A stretch of DNA of 63,763 nt, the filler included, from Patellaria atrata CBS 101060 (taxonomy: Eukaryota): NCBI GenBank assembly GCA_010093705.1. It is 7 parts of 5 records of this genome, joined end to end, with 100 filler letters (N's around TTAATTAATTAA, not from the genome) between each part and the next. Parts side by side here need not be neighbours in the genome. Positions count along the whole stretch, not along the records: positions 1 to 17,216 come from MU006096.1; positions 17,317 to 43,321 come from MU006096.1; 5 more parts are not named here. The stretch is one strand, 5' to 3'. Below are positions 12,055 to 24,521 of this stretch, one piece after another. Both the position numbers and the translations under genes were made by a program. The notes beneath the pieces were generated by a model. It saw only the letters and a program-made list of their open reading frames with translations, did not search any database and was not told where the DNA came from. The number at the start of each line of letters is the position of its first letter. Within the stretch, counting starts at the first letter, position 1.

Positions 12055-14097
12055 ATGTCGTCAGCCGTAGCCAACACGAAGACGGATAAAGAACATATCT
12101 AAGCGTTGTATAAACGTATCAGCGAACTCGAGAATGAAGGAACAGTCTAAGAACTTAGGGACCAGCTCGAACAACTTACTATACAGTTGCTATCGCCATA
12201 AAAGCGAACCGCGAAAGTCAAAGAACCCGCACCATATGATGGTAAACGAGATGAACTAAGAGGATTCTTAACCCAGGTGAGGATCTATCATAAAAGAATA
12301 GGGCTAACGGACGACAGTGAACGTGTACTCGATGCATCAGCGTACCTTAAAGGAGACGCTTTAGAATGGTTCGAACCCATTACACGAGACTATCTTGAGA
12401 ATAACAAGGAAGATCAAGAAGACGAAACGAGTGAGATCTTCGCGTCGTTTCCAAAGTTCGAAGAAACGCTCAAGAACGTCTTTGGGGAAGTCGACGAATA
12501 ATAGGCAGCTGAAAGGAAGCTTCAAGGACTTAGATAGAAGGGGTCGGCTTCGAAGTACGCAACTACATTCCAACAGGCAGCATCAACATTGGGTTGGCCT
12601 GATGAACCACTGATGATCGCCTTCTACCAAGGTTTGAAGGAAGAAGTGAAGGACGAATGGGTTCATTATAAGAGACTAACAACCATGCAGGACGCAGTGA
12701 CCTTAGTAGTTAGAATAGATAATAGGTTGTACGAGCGTAGACAGGAAAAGGGAGGACGGAAGAATGTTATAGTTGGATATAGGAAGAAGGCAACGAGGGC
12801 CATAAATAGACAAGATTAGGGGGACCCGATGGACCTCGACCGACTACAATAGACAAAACAGAAAAAGTCGAAGAAATAGCGACAGTTCACCTAAGAAGAA
12901 AAAGAGCGCTTTACGAATAGAGCATATCTACAATATGGAGAAGTGGGACATTTCAAGAGAGACTGCCCACAGAAGACGCAACCATCCTCGCGACATAACC
13001 GACGTATACAACTTAGAGTCATGCACCTGACACCACCATCACCAGTCTCATCGCTTGAAGAAGAAGAGATTGAGGAAATGCCGCTACTATACTAGACGGG
13101 GGTGAGTAGGCCACCAACGCCGTTCCCAACAGCAGGAAACTGGCTGGAGGAGGAGACACTCCGACAACGTTTAGACAACCAACAATGTTGGGCGTGTGGA
13201 AACGTATATATATACATAGCATTAGAATGCCCAGCATAGAATCAAGGTTAGAGAATTAGAGTATAAATATCTAACGGACTAGGCCTCACGTACCGGATTA
13301 TGGAATAATAATAACGGCTCGAACAAGAGTTCCGAGATTGGGAACCGATCGAACCCGAATCCAGTGCCGACGCGATCGTCGAAGAACAACAATTGAACCT
13401 TACACCGAGGGCAGAAGACTGTTTAGCCTTTCGATGGATGCAATATAAAGAGGATGACTGCTTATACCATAAACAGTAGAAGGCTATAGCGAAGTTTAGG
13501 GATCGAGACCCTACTTATATACACTTACCTGAAGGCGAATGCCAGGTGAAAGAATGCAAAATCCACGAAGATGAAACAAGAAAAACTGAGAAGAATTAAG
13601 AACTCGAACCACCAATAGGCGATTATGGAAAGTACGATAGTTTCGACTACACGGACAAGTTTAGGTGTAGGCGACACTATTAGACACTAATCTATATAGG
13701 ATGTATAGTAATAACGTGGGAAGACTGCGAACATGGCACGGATTGCTAGTACTATAGAGGATTAGAAGAAGAGTTCTATAAAGGAAAAGTATTTCCGTGG
13801 GAGATAAAAGTACTCTAAAACGATAAAGAAGTACCCGAACACGTTACTAAGTGTGATGCACAAGACTTCGGACAATGCGTAATGAGAGGCATGTGGTGTG
13901 ACTATCATATAGCACAGAGGTGGAGAGTAGGAATTAAAAGCAACCCTAGCCACGACGCAGTTATCAAGAGAGAGTGTCGAGAGCTCGAATGCGAAGAACA
14001 CCGCAAAGGCCCGTATTACGATAGACACGACAGACTACACTAGGCTAAATGTATAGAACCCGGTTGCCTAACGTATGGCTATGCAAAAAACTACTAA
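12055..14097 (+). pseudogene. gag: gag of A2 (~680 codons), RIP-disrupted
   Basis: Retrotrans_gag-like YLKGDALEWF and AFYQGLKEEVKDE; PMDLD; degraded zinc knuckle (GEVGHFKRDC); Cys/His tail. A single frame is kept from ATG 12055 to TAA 14095-14097. Confidence 0.87.
14085..14091 (+). promoter_or_regulatory. Putative -1 ribosomal frameshift heptamer A AAA AAC (gag-pol), family A
   Basis: Lies in the gag frame just before the gag stop; the -1 frame leads to protease ALVDSGAT. Conserved in A1 at ~7235-7241. Confidence 0.7.
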
Positions 14098-17000
14098 GCC
14101 ACTCGAGATAGGAACGATCGAGAAGTATAGCTCCTAAGTTCCTTAAGACCCTACGAAGCAATAATAGAACGCTTTAGGTAGATGTTACTATATATAGCAA
14201 GAGAACGACAGCGCTGGTCGATAGCGGCGCCACCGATTCGTTCATCTCACCCCGATAGGTAGAAAAGAAGAGTATACCTTACACGAAACTTGAAAATCTA
14301 GTCCCGTTACGACTAGAAAATGGCGAAGGAATAGGATATAGACGAGGTCTAATCAACTTTAGGACTATACTAGTAGAAGTTAACGTATAAGGGAAGGTAA
14401 CTACTTAGCGTATCCCTATAACCGACCTAGGAGATATAGATATAATTCTAGGGATAGACTAGTTATAAATAGTGAACCTAGATATTGACTGGAAGACGAG
14501 AAGTATCTAGATTAACTAAGACACCTCACGAAAGGATAGAGTTAAGCGAATAGGACGTACTAAGTAGACGGACGCTAGTATATCCGTAGGACGTATTTCG
14601 CACTATAAGATAATAAAGATCTATAGAAATAAACCTAAGAGCGTAGGAGTAGTATAGCTTAGGAAAATAGACGCTAAGAAGGTTTCCGAAGAACCTAAGA
14701 TACCCGAAGAGTATAGCGAGTTTAAAGATTTATTTGAAGAAGATATAGCGACTATACTTCCGGATCACTAGACGTGGGATTATAAGATAGTGTTAAAGGA
14801 GGGTGCGAAACTACGACCCGGTCCGATTTACCCGTTAATAAGAGAACAATATAAAGCACTCGAGGAGTATATCCGCACTAACTTAGAAAAGGGATATATA
14901 CGACCTAGCGAAAGCCCGATAGCTTCACCGATTCTATTCGTATTAAAGAAGAATAGTAAGCTAAGATTATATATCGACTATAGATAGCTAAACGATGCTA
15001 CGGTCAAGAATAGATACCTATTACCCTTAATCTCAAAAATCTAAGATAGGTTATAAGGAGTAAAATGGTTTACGAAATTCGATATCCGAGACGGTTACTA
15101 TCGAATCAGAATGAAAGAAGGCGAAGAATGGAAGATAGCTATAAGAACGAGGTTCGGACTATACGAATATATAGTGATGCCGTTCGGCTTGACCAACGCC
15201 CCAGCAACGTTTTAAGCAGTGATTAATCACGCACTAAGAGAGTATTTAGACGTATTTATAACTACTTACCTAGATAATATGCTAGTGTACACGAACGGAA
15301 CACTCGAAGAGTATAGGGAGTATATAAAGAAAGTATTAACGAAACTACGAGAAAAGAGACTCCTAGTACACCTAGATAAGTGTGAATTCCATATTAAAGA
15401 AACGGAATTCTTAGGCTTTATCGTTACCACTAAAGGTATACGAGTAGACCTAAAAAAGATAGCTGCAATCCAAGATTAGCCGACGCCGAAGAACGTAAAG
15501 GATATATAATCATTCCTAGGTTTCGCGAACTACTATAGGAAGTTCATCTAGGGGTACTCGAAGGTAATAACGCCGCTATTAGAGTTAATAAAGAAGGAAA
15601 ATACCTTTATTTAGATAGAGAAGGCTTAAGAAGTATTCGACGAACTTAAGAAGAAGTTTATTATAGCACCTATCTTAGTTATATTTAACCTAGAGAAACC
15701 GATAGTGCTAGAGACTAACGTATCTAATTATACACTAGATGTATATATAAGTTAGCTAGATGAGAAAGGACGACTACACCTAGTAGCCTTTCATTCACGG
15801 AAATTCACGGCTGTAGAGCTAAATTACGACGTACACGATAAAGAGTTATTAGCAATCGTCGACGCATTTAAATAGTAGAGGTTATATCTTAAAGGACCTA
15901 AGTTCACTGTAAAAGTTTGGTTAGATTATTAAAACCTGATAAACTTCCTTATAATAAAGAAGTTAAATCGAAGATAAGTAAGATAGGTAGAAACACTCGT
16001 ATCTTTCAACTTCAAGATATTCTATAGACTAGGAGTCGAAAATAGACTAGCCGATACTATAAGTAGAAGATCCGACTACCTAAAAGGAATAAAACCGGTA
16101 CACAACGTAGTACTAAAGAAAGAAAACGACGCGATCACCTATAACTAGCCAAGATTAGCTACAATGCTAATAATCGAATCCACGAGAGAATAACAAATTC
16201 GTGATGCCTATTAGAAGGACAGTATGATAGAGGAGTTCCGAAAGGGTAACGACCCTAGAGCAACATAAACAGCTTAAGGAATATGGCTATACGACGGGCT
16301 CGTATATATGCCAACGACACTACGAAAGACCCTTACTAAAGAGATCCATGAAGCACCAGCACACGGTCACTAAGGCATTAATAAAACCTTGGAAAGGATC
16401 CTAAGGAATTACTACTTCCTAGGGGTAAGAGGTATAGTAAAGCAAGTCATTTTAGAGTGTAACGACTACGCACGAAATAAGAGTGCCAAACACGCACCTT
16501 ACGGATAGATGTAACACATTGAGCCACCAAAGCGAGTATGGGACTCAATAACGATGGACTTCATTATAGGTCTACCAGGATCTAAAGATCTAGCGACAGG
16601 AGTAGAGTATGACGCGATATTGGTTATCGTGGAGCGACTAATAAAGTTCACCTACTTTATACTAGCAAAGACAACGATGACAGCACCACAAGTAGCAGCA
16701 TTAGTGATAAAAACAGTGCTAGCAAATCACTAGATACCGAGAGAAATTATCTCAGATAGAGATAAACTATTTAAATCAGCGTTTTGGCAGACTCTAGTAT
16801 AGAGTCTAGGGGTAAACCATAAGCTATCAACGAGCTTTCACCCATAAACGGATGGCCAGACTGAGAGAATGAATCAATCTCTAGAGTAATACTTACGCAA
16901 CTATGTGAATTACTAGTAGAATAACTGGGTAGAGCTACTACTAATGGCGTAATTCGCACATAACAGCGCGAAATCCGATACCACGAAGGTTTCACCCTTC

Positions 17001-17216
17001 TATGCGAACTACGGTTTTGAACTAGAAGCATATCGAGAGCCGAGAACGGTTTAAAGTATTTCACAAGAAGTAACATTAAAAGTCGAGCAAATCAAGGAAT
17101 TGCACGCACAGCTATCACGAGACATAGCTTTCCAGACGATAAGAGCTGCGAAGTACAGTAACCAGCATAGGTCGCTGGAACCGACCTTTAAAAGGGGGGA
17201 CAAAGTTTACTTGTTA
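14085..17216 (+). pseudogene. pol: pol of A2, RIP-disrupted, truncated after the integrase core
   Basis: Same PR/RT/RNase H/integrase motifs as A1, with many TAA/TAG stops. Confidence 0.92.
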
Positions 17217-17316
17217 NNNNNNNNNNNNNNNNNNNNNNNNNNNNNNNNNNNNNNNNNNNNTTAATTAATTAANNNNNNNNNNNNNNNNNNNNNNNNNNNN
17301 NNNNNNNNNNNNNNNN
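17217..17316. other. Artificial contig linker (N44-TTAATTAATTAA-N44); also at 43322-43421, 50829-50928, 57251-57350, 59018-59117, 61598-61697
   Basis: Identical 100-bp spacer with stops in all six frames, occurring six times. Confidence 0.95.
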
Positions 17317-20300
17317 GTTCACGAAGGGTCGGAGTCGTAGGTCTATATACTGGTTAATGATCTCCGTTCCTCCATTTGTCTGCGAGTGGTAAGCTGTGGA
17401 TAGCTTCTGTTTCACTTTTGTCAGTTTGCAAAGTTCGTCCGTGAACGCGGATACAAACTGTGGGCCACGATCTGATGTCGCCGTTTCCGGTGTGCCGTAT
17501 ATTCGCCATACGTGTTCGTAGTACAGCTTTGCAGCTATCTTAGCTGAGATATCTTTGGTGCAGGGAAGCGAGATCGCTCTCTTTCCTAGTCGATCTACCA
17601 CTACGAACGCCATTTCGAAACCGTGTGTGTCTTTGGGGAACGATTTGAAGTCGAAAGAGACGTGTTGCCAACATCTATCTCCTATCGGCAGTGATTTCAG
17701 TAAACTAGGGGTTTTGTCTCTTGGTATATGCGTTCGGCGACAAGTGTGACAGTTCCGGACGTATCTCTCCACGTCGGCCACCAAGCCGGGCCAATAGTAT
17801 CGTGCTCGGATTAGCTCTCTCGTCTTCTTCGTTCCTGGATGTCCTGTAACCAGCGCGTTATATACGTCTCGTATCAGATACGTTCTAAGGTTATCCACGT
17901 CTAGAACTATAAGCCTACTAAATCTAACGAGTAGGCCGTTCTATAGTTCCCAGTGTCTCTCCTTAGCTTCGGCTTGCTTTCGGTATACCGATAGAGAGTC
18001 ATGCTTCCTGTTTACTTCTAGGATCCGGTCCACTAGTAGGTATGTTGCTAACGGTTCCTGGTTCCGACCGAGCTCGTTTTGGACATACCGCTCCGAATCT
18101 ATGGGTATATCCTCCCTTTCTTCCTCTTGAAACCTGACCTCCTTTTCTTCTTCGGAGGTTACACGTTTCCTGCTGTTCTGAGATGTCTTCTTAGATAGTG
18201 GTTGTTGTTTTGTAAAGAACTGGAGGGGTGCTACCATTATATTCGGGTCGATTAGCGCCTGGGTCCGTGCCGTAATGTCTTTATCTTTTGCCGTCTTCAG
18301 GTCCTCTTGCTTACGTGAAAGCGCGTCCGCGACGACGTTCTAGGCTCCGGGCCGGTACGTGATTCGGAAGTGGAAATCGGATAGGGTTTCACTCCATCGG
18401 GCTTGTCGAGCATTGAGTAACCGTTTCGTGGTGAAGTATTCCAGTGCTCTATGGTCAGTGATCATAGTGAAGGGGACTTGCTATAGTCCTACTAACATGC
18501 TTCTCCATTCGGCTAGTACTCTCACTACGGCTAACATCTCTTTGTCGTGGATTTCGTACCTTAGTTCCGTTTCTGATAACGTCTTTATCTAGAAGGCAAC
18601 CGGTCTCCAGATCTTTCCGTGAAGCTGAGATAGGACTACTATAGCAACTCCGTCGCTACAGTCGGATTCGACTTTTGTCTCGAGTAGAGGGTCGTAGTGC
18701 GCTAGTACTTAATCCGATAGAATTAGTTCTTTAGCTCTTTCGAATGCTTCTTCTTCTTTTGGCCCGAGCGGTTGCCATACTCCTTTTCGGGTCCGAACTG
18801 TCAGCGGCCGTATTACCCGACCGAACTTCTCAAGGAACTTCCGATAGAAGTTGCAGAATCCGTTAAACGATAGAATGCCTTTTACACTCGTGGGTAGCTT
18901 CCAGTTTCGAACTACCTCAGTCTTCTCTAGGTCCATTGCTATTCCGTCGGTGCTGATAATAAACCCCAGGAATTTGGTTTTCGTTACGTGGAACTCGCTC
19001 TTCTTTATATCGGCTTACAGGCCGGCTTTTGCCAATGCTTTTAATACTTTGGTGACATGAATCTTATGTTCTAACGGGCACGTAGAGTAGATCAAGATAT
19101 CGTCGACGTATACCGTGCAGAAGTCGTCCAAGTAATCGAAGAGTGCTTTATTGATAAACCGTTAGAACGAGGCCGGCCCATTACATAACCCGAACGGTAG
19201 TACCTTATATTTAAACGATCCGTATCTCGTTCGGAATGTGGTGAGGTCTTCAGCTGTCTCTTTCATCCGAATCCGGTAGAATGCTTGTCTCACGTCTAGT
19301 TTGGTAAAGATCTTGGCTCGCTGCAGTCGTGTCAGTGTCTCTTCGATCAATGGCAACGGGTATTTGTCCTTCTTCGTGATGCTGTTTAGCTTCCGATAGT
19401 CGACGCAAAATCTCCAGCCACCTCCTAGCTTCTTAGCGAATAGCACTGGAGACGCGTATAGTGCTTCGCTCGGAACGATGAACCCCTTCTAGAGATGCTC
19501 TTCTAGGTAGTCTTTCGCTAATTGTAAGTGCTTAATGGGCATGTTATATAAGGGGCTAGTAGTGAGGTTACTATCTTGGTCTAGCACTATATCGTGGTCT
19601 ACATCTTCTCTAAACGGTGGTAGTTTGTCTGATGCGGATTTTGAGAACACGTGGGCCAAGTGATAGTACTCCTTAGGTAGCTTCTCGTAGATCATCGCCC
19701 TATGGGCGTCTTCGTCTTCGTCTAGAGGGTCTTCGTCTTCCGTAAGTCGATCTTATATCAAGGAGTTAATCTCGTGTAGGCTCGTGGCGCCTATAACGAC
19801 ATGTTTGCGCTTTGCATTCCGTAGGTAGTTCTCTCCGCTAATCAAGCAGATATTCATACAGATCCCGGCAACATTGACCCGCTTACTCGGCTTCGGCTTC
19901 GGCTTTTCAGAGAGTTCCGGCGTCTCCCTCTCCGTTAGGTCCGATAGTTCTGATTTTATCTTTCGGAGATCGGAGCCGACGTTCTTAGCCCATGAACTCG
20001 GTTGCTTCCATTGGAATAGTTGCGGTTTCCTCCTCTGGTTAACTAATGCTTTCTGTCGGTTGCGTTCTCGTTCATCGATGGCTTTGTCTCGTCGTTCCAT
20101 GTCGAATTGGTGCTGTGGGTCAGTTTGGGTTCGCAGCTCGCTCTTCGGAATCACGATGTCTCGTTGCTGGTCTTCAACTGCAGTAGCCCATTCCGGCCAA
20201 ACAATCCGATGGTGCCTGCAATTAGGTAGGCCACCAGTCTTGGAGAACCACTCCTTGCCTATGAGTATATCATTATGGCCCGTATCCATCACCATGATCG

Positions 20301-22617
20301 GTGTTGGCCACCTTCGTCCTCTAATCACGAGGCTCGCCTCGAGTACTTGGTTAATTGGTGCTACCTTCGAATTATTGAAGGCATTGACTTCGATCTCCTA
20401 GTCCATCTTTCTAACTTCGATTCCGAGGCGTTGTTTTAGAGCGGGTAGCTATCTCTTATTCAGTAGAGCATACCCTTGAGCTCTAGTGTCGATTAGGGCT
20501 CTAAGCTGTATTGCGATTCCGTTCTTCGAGATTCGGCACGGTATCGTGAATGGCTTTTCTAATACCGGATCGCTGATCGGTGTTGCTAGTGCTCCTACTG
20601 TTAGCCCTAATACGGAGTCTCTACTCAGGGTTTCTCGTTTTCCGAATCTAACCCTGAATCGGACTTTGAGCTCTAATGCTCGTCTTTCTAGACCGACTTT
20701 ACTTCGGTTATCTTCTTTAGTCCCCGGCATTCCAACGCTCTATGTCCGGCCTTGCCGTAGTTGAAGCAGTTACCCGTAAACTTCCGAATAGTTATGGTCT
20801 ACTCCGTCACTTATAGTGTTATGGGTGAGGTGGTTCCTCCGCTCCCTAATCGGTATAAAGTTCTATTCGTCGTTATTGAGGTGGAAGTTATTCTAGTCGG
20901 TTTACCACGCTTCTAACTCTCTCTACGGGCCTTACTAGCTTTGCCTAACCTTTCTAGCTCTCGTGCCTATATCGTGGCTTTACTATAGTACTTCTAGAAG
21001 CTAATTTCGTCGTTACCCACGGCTTCCGCCATTATTAGCCTTAGACTATCGTAGAGTCTATCGTGGAGTTCCTCTTTCCACTAGTCGCGTGATAACCTAG
21101 CTTTATTAGCTAGCCGGATAAACGTAGACTAGAACTTCGGAAAGTCCGCTAGGTAGCCTTACGTCAACTCCTTTAGTTCGTCTCTAGCTTTTAGTCGCCT
21201 ATTTAGGTCCTTATAGATCTAGTCTAGGAATCTTATTAGCCTTATTAAGGTTACGTCGTCCTCCTCCGATTCTAAGAAAGGGTATATGTGTTTAGCTGCC
21301 TCGCCACTAATCCGTGTCTTAATATAGGTAGTCTTCGCCCTTTCGTCTTAGAACTAGTCGCTATTAACGTAGAGCTTATCGTTTATCTTACTCTTCCACT
21401 CCTTATAGGTTAGCTTCTTACCATCGGTTAGTTCTAGTGGATCGGGGAACTTCTTTATCTTATCGTCGCCCCTGCTCCTGAAGCTTCCGGTTGAGTCGAC
21501 TATTCCAGCTCGGTCGTTACGACTGCGTGGTGCCAATGGTTCTTCATCGTCAGATTCGTCGTCGAACCGGACGCTCCTTCGGTCTAGTTTAGACTACTTA
21601 GTCTACCCCTTTAGGTCATCGATCTCGTCCTAGAGGCGTTCTATAGCTTCTTCGTTCGCTTGGCATACTTGCAGCTTCAGCTGTAAGTCGGGCGCCATCT
21701 CGTTAATAAGGTTTGCCATCTTTCCGAGTTGTATCTCTCGAGCCATAAGCTTCGCTCTCGTGTGGAGGTACTCCGTTACGAACTGGTCTAGGTTTTCAGC
21801 TACCCATTCCTTCGCTCCGTCGATCGTATCGGCGTTTCGATCGTCTATAATAGCGGTACACCCAAGAGGCTTCCCTTCTTCTATCATTCCGGGGATTCCT
21901 CTTAGTAGGTTCTATAGATCCGCTTCTAGAATATCGTCGGTGATCTACTAGTCGACCACTTCTAGCGTCGATCTACGTCGGTGCATTTTTCCTTTTCCTT
22001 CTAATCCGGTGCTACTCTCTACTCCTAGATCCATAGTTGGCTCGTTGCCCGTCTACTTCGTTGAGGTTGCTAAAGGTTTAACCATCTTGTTTAGTTTGCT
22101 ATAATGTTTGCTTCTCTAAGCAATTCGTATTCGTCAGTCCTGATCTCTTTCAAGTACTGGGTCGTCGTTGTCGTCGGCGCTGATACTCTCAGGCACCGGA
22201 TATCTCGTTGCTAGTAGAGCTCAGCTGCTTGCAGATCCCCGATCGGTCCGATGATCGTTCGTCGGCTAGACTAATATCGTGCTCCGGTTGGAATATTATG
22301 TCGCCTTTCNNNNNNNNNNNNNNNNNNNNNNNNNNNNNNNNNNNNNNNNNNNNNNNNNNNNNNNNNNNNNNNNNNNNNNNNNNNNNNNNNNNNNNNNNNN
22401 NNNNNNNNNNNNNNNNNNNNNNNNNNNNNNNNNNNNNNNNNNNNNNNNNNNNNNNNNNNNNNNNNNNNNNNNNNNNNNNNNNNNNNNNNNNNNNNNNNNG
22501 TTTAACCAATCAGCGCTCAGAGATCTTTTCCGCGTCCGACCCGGCAAAGATCTCTTGCAAACAAACCAAACACTCAGCATAGGAAATACGGGATCAGCAT
22601 CGTGACACGTCGTCATA
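17317..22617 (-). mobile_element. Gypsy family B copy B2 (5' LTR start at 22617, gag, PR, RT, RNase H, integrase; 3' truncated)
   Basis: [12 protein letters not shown]...[25 protein letters not shown]...CHTC; TSDRGPQFVS. LTR matches 43595 and 46681. Confidence 0.94.
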
Positions 22618-23099
22618 GTAGCTTGCCTATTATTTCGCCTACGTAGATTCGTACTATTACTAGAGTAGGCGCTAGACCACGGATAGAAACGTCATTTAAA
22701 TAGTTAATAAGAAGGGCCTACTCTAGATATTATTAAGAAATTACTGATTTTCGTATACGGTATCCCTAGACTATATTTTATTCCTATAGCGCCTTAACAG
22801 CGTGGTACGATTAACTCTATATTCTTTCGCAATCCGAGTAATATTTGGATCATCTGAGATACGTAATATAGTAAGCGCCTCGTCAATTGGGGCTATATTG
22901 GAGATATTTAATTTTTAAGTAACTATATAGCTTTATAGAAATGCCGTGCAACAGCCGATCCGGGCACGACACCGCACAAACTTCTATTGTTCCATCACAC
23001 ATGTTTTCTCGGATTGATTTTAATGTTCTGGGAAGAAAGTCAAGACTCACTCTCTCTATAACTTTGTAGTGATATACACATCCAGAAACTTAGGTTGGC

Positions 23100-23218
23100 A
23101 CATACGGCCATAGAACAAGGAAAATAGGGCATCCCGTTCGCTCTGCCATACTCAAGCCTTGTATCGGTGCAGTAGTAGTTGGGTGGGTGACCACCAGCGA
23201 ATGCGCACTGCTGTATGT
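23100..23218 (+). rRNA. Dispersed 5S rRNA gene
   Basis: 119 nt, ACATACGGCCATAG...CCCGTTCGCTCT...AGTAGTTGGGTGGGTGACCACCAGCGAA...CTGTATGT, with paired termini. TATA at ~23073 and a T-run after the end. Confidence 0.95.
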
Positions 23219-23222
23219 TTTT
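23218..23222 (+). terminator. RNA polymerase III T-run terminator of 5S
   Basis: TTTTT directly at the 3' end of the 5S gene. Confidence 0.75.
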
Positions 23223-23486
23223 AACCTTTTGCTGTTTTAAGAGGGGTGGTCCTTTTTATCAACTGGATTAAGATAGTAATCATATGTGTCTTATAACTAG
23301 TTCTATATTTTATTAGCTAATTTATCTTCTTTTTTCCAATTCCATGTGCGGTATGTCAACACCATTAAGGGTTAAAGTATTTTTATACTCTAAAGGAACG
23401 TAGCACCTACTCGATAAACCCTTCTGACCGAGGTAGATGGCCCTGCGGGTTCTATGGTGACCAATTCTCATGCCTATACTTAATTC

Positions 23487-24521
23487 TTAAACAGTAACAG
23501 TACTTACAGCACAAGGCCCCAAAAACGTCGCCGAACTAACCGTCGTATTGCTCGTATCCGGTACTAAACCATTGACAGCCAAATACCCATTGGGACAACT
23601 CAAAGGCTTCTCATCCGGCAACCTCGGCACGCCCGTCACAGCATTTCCATCATAATCATCGAATTACAAAAACATACATCTCGCATATGCAGAACCCTGC
23701 GTGGGATCCAACTTCTCGTACACGAACTGCACACAGCCACCTCTCCCTTGACATTCCTTACAGCATTCACCCATAGGGTCGGGAGAGGGCTCGTAATAGT
23801 CGAACCAGCCGTATTCGTAGGCTGCGGCGGCGGCGGAGGAGGGGCTGTAGGAGAAGAGATGGTACGCGGAGCGGGGAGCGAGGGCGCAGGAGTCGGGGAC
23901 GGTCGAGGTTGCGGTTGTGGTCGTGAAGACGGGGATCGTGACTTGGGTTGAGAAACCCAGGCAGGCGCAGCCGGTACGGATGAAGCGGAAGGCTTGGTTT
24001 TTGAATACGGCGGGAACCGGGTGTTTGGGTTCGGCGCGTTTGAGTTCTTGATTGTGGTAGATGGGGAGAGGGATGAGCGGTGGGGGAGTTATAGCGGTCG
24101 CGGAGAGTGTGGGTGTGATTCTTTTGTGAGCTGGAGAGGTTGGGTGCGCTTGTGGGTTGGGTGAATTATCCTTCGCCCGCGCTATGTATCGATGCCGTGG
24201 GTTTGGGGTCACGGTGATGGTTTTTAGGGGGATGGGCGCTGTGACCCAGATGTCTGTTTGACCTGTTACGGTTGTGGTTGTATAGCCAATGAAGGAGTTA
24301 CAGAAGGTGAGAAGAGCATCTTGATTTCTCGAGGGCAAGGCGTCGTAGACTTTGTCAATGACTGTACAGGCTTTGATGTTTGGATTAAAGGTAGCCCATG
24401 GATCGGAGGCCTGAGCATGTGCTAGTGAAGCGAGGAGCAGCGGTGCTATGCCACGCAGTAGTATTTTTTGAAGCTGTAACTTGTAGTCGATTCTATAGAG
24501 TCTAATTAATCTCTCCCGCAT
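23487..24521 (-). pseudogene. Secreted Thr/Pro-rich, Cys-patterned fungal protein; 5' end joined to transposon sequence, one internal stop
   Basis: Signal-like APLLLASLAHAQA; FCNSFIG..TTT; GCACLG; CCKECQGRGGC. Reading continues in frame past TAA 23664 (FDDYDG...SCPNGY...LGPCAVSTVTV*) to 23487. Confidence 0.7.

Larger units (their letters stand above)
11399..17216 (+). mobile_element. Ty3/Gypsy chromovirus family A, copy A2 (3' end lost at contig end)
   Basis: LTR, gag and pol are the reverse-complement homologues of A1. Confidence 0.95.

Noticed and set aside
17261..17272. TTAATTAATTAA motif recurring six times
   Set aside because: Always centred in exactly 44+44 Ns; an artificial six-frame-stop contig linker, not biology.
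19874..20401. 175-aa plus-strand ORF inside B2 and similar opposite-strand ORFs in TEs
   Set aside because: Shadow frames of pol or transposase with no motif, and interrupted in sister copies.
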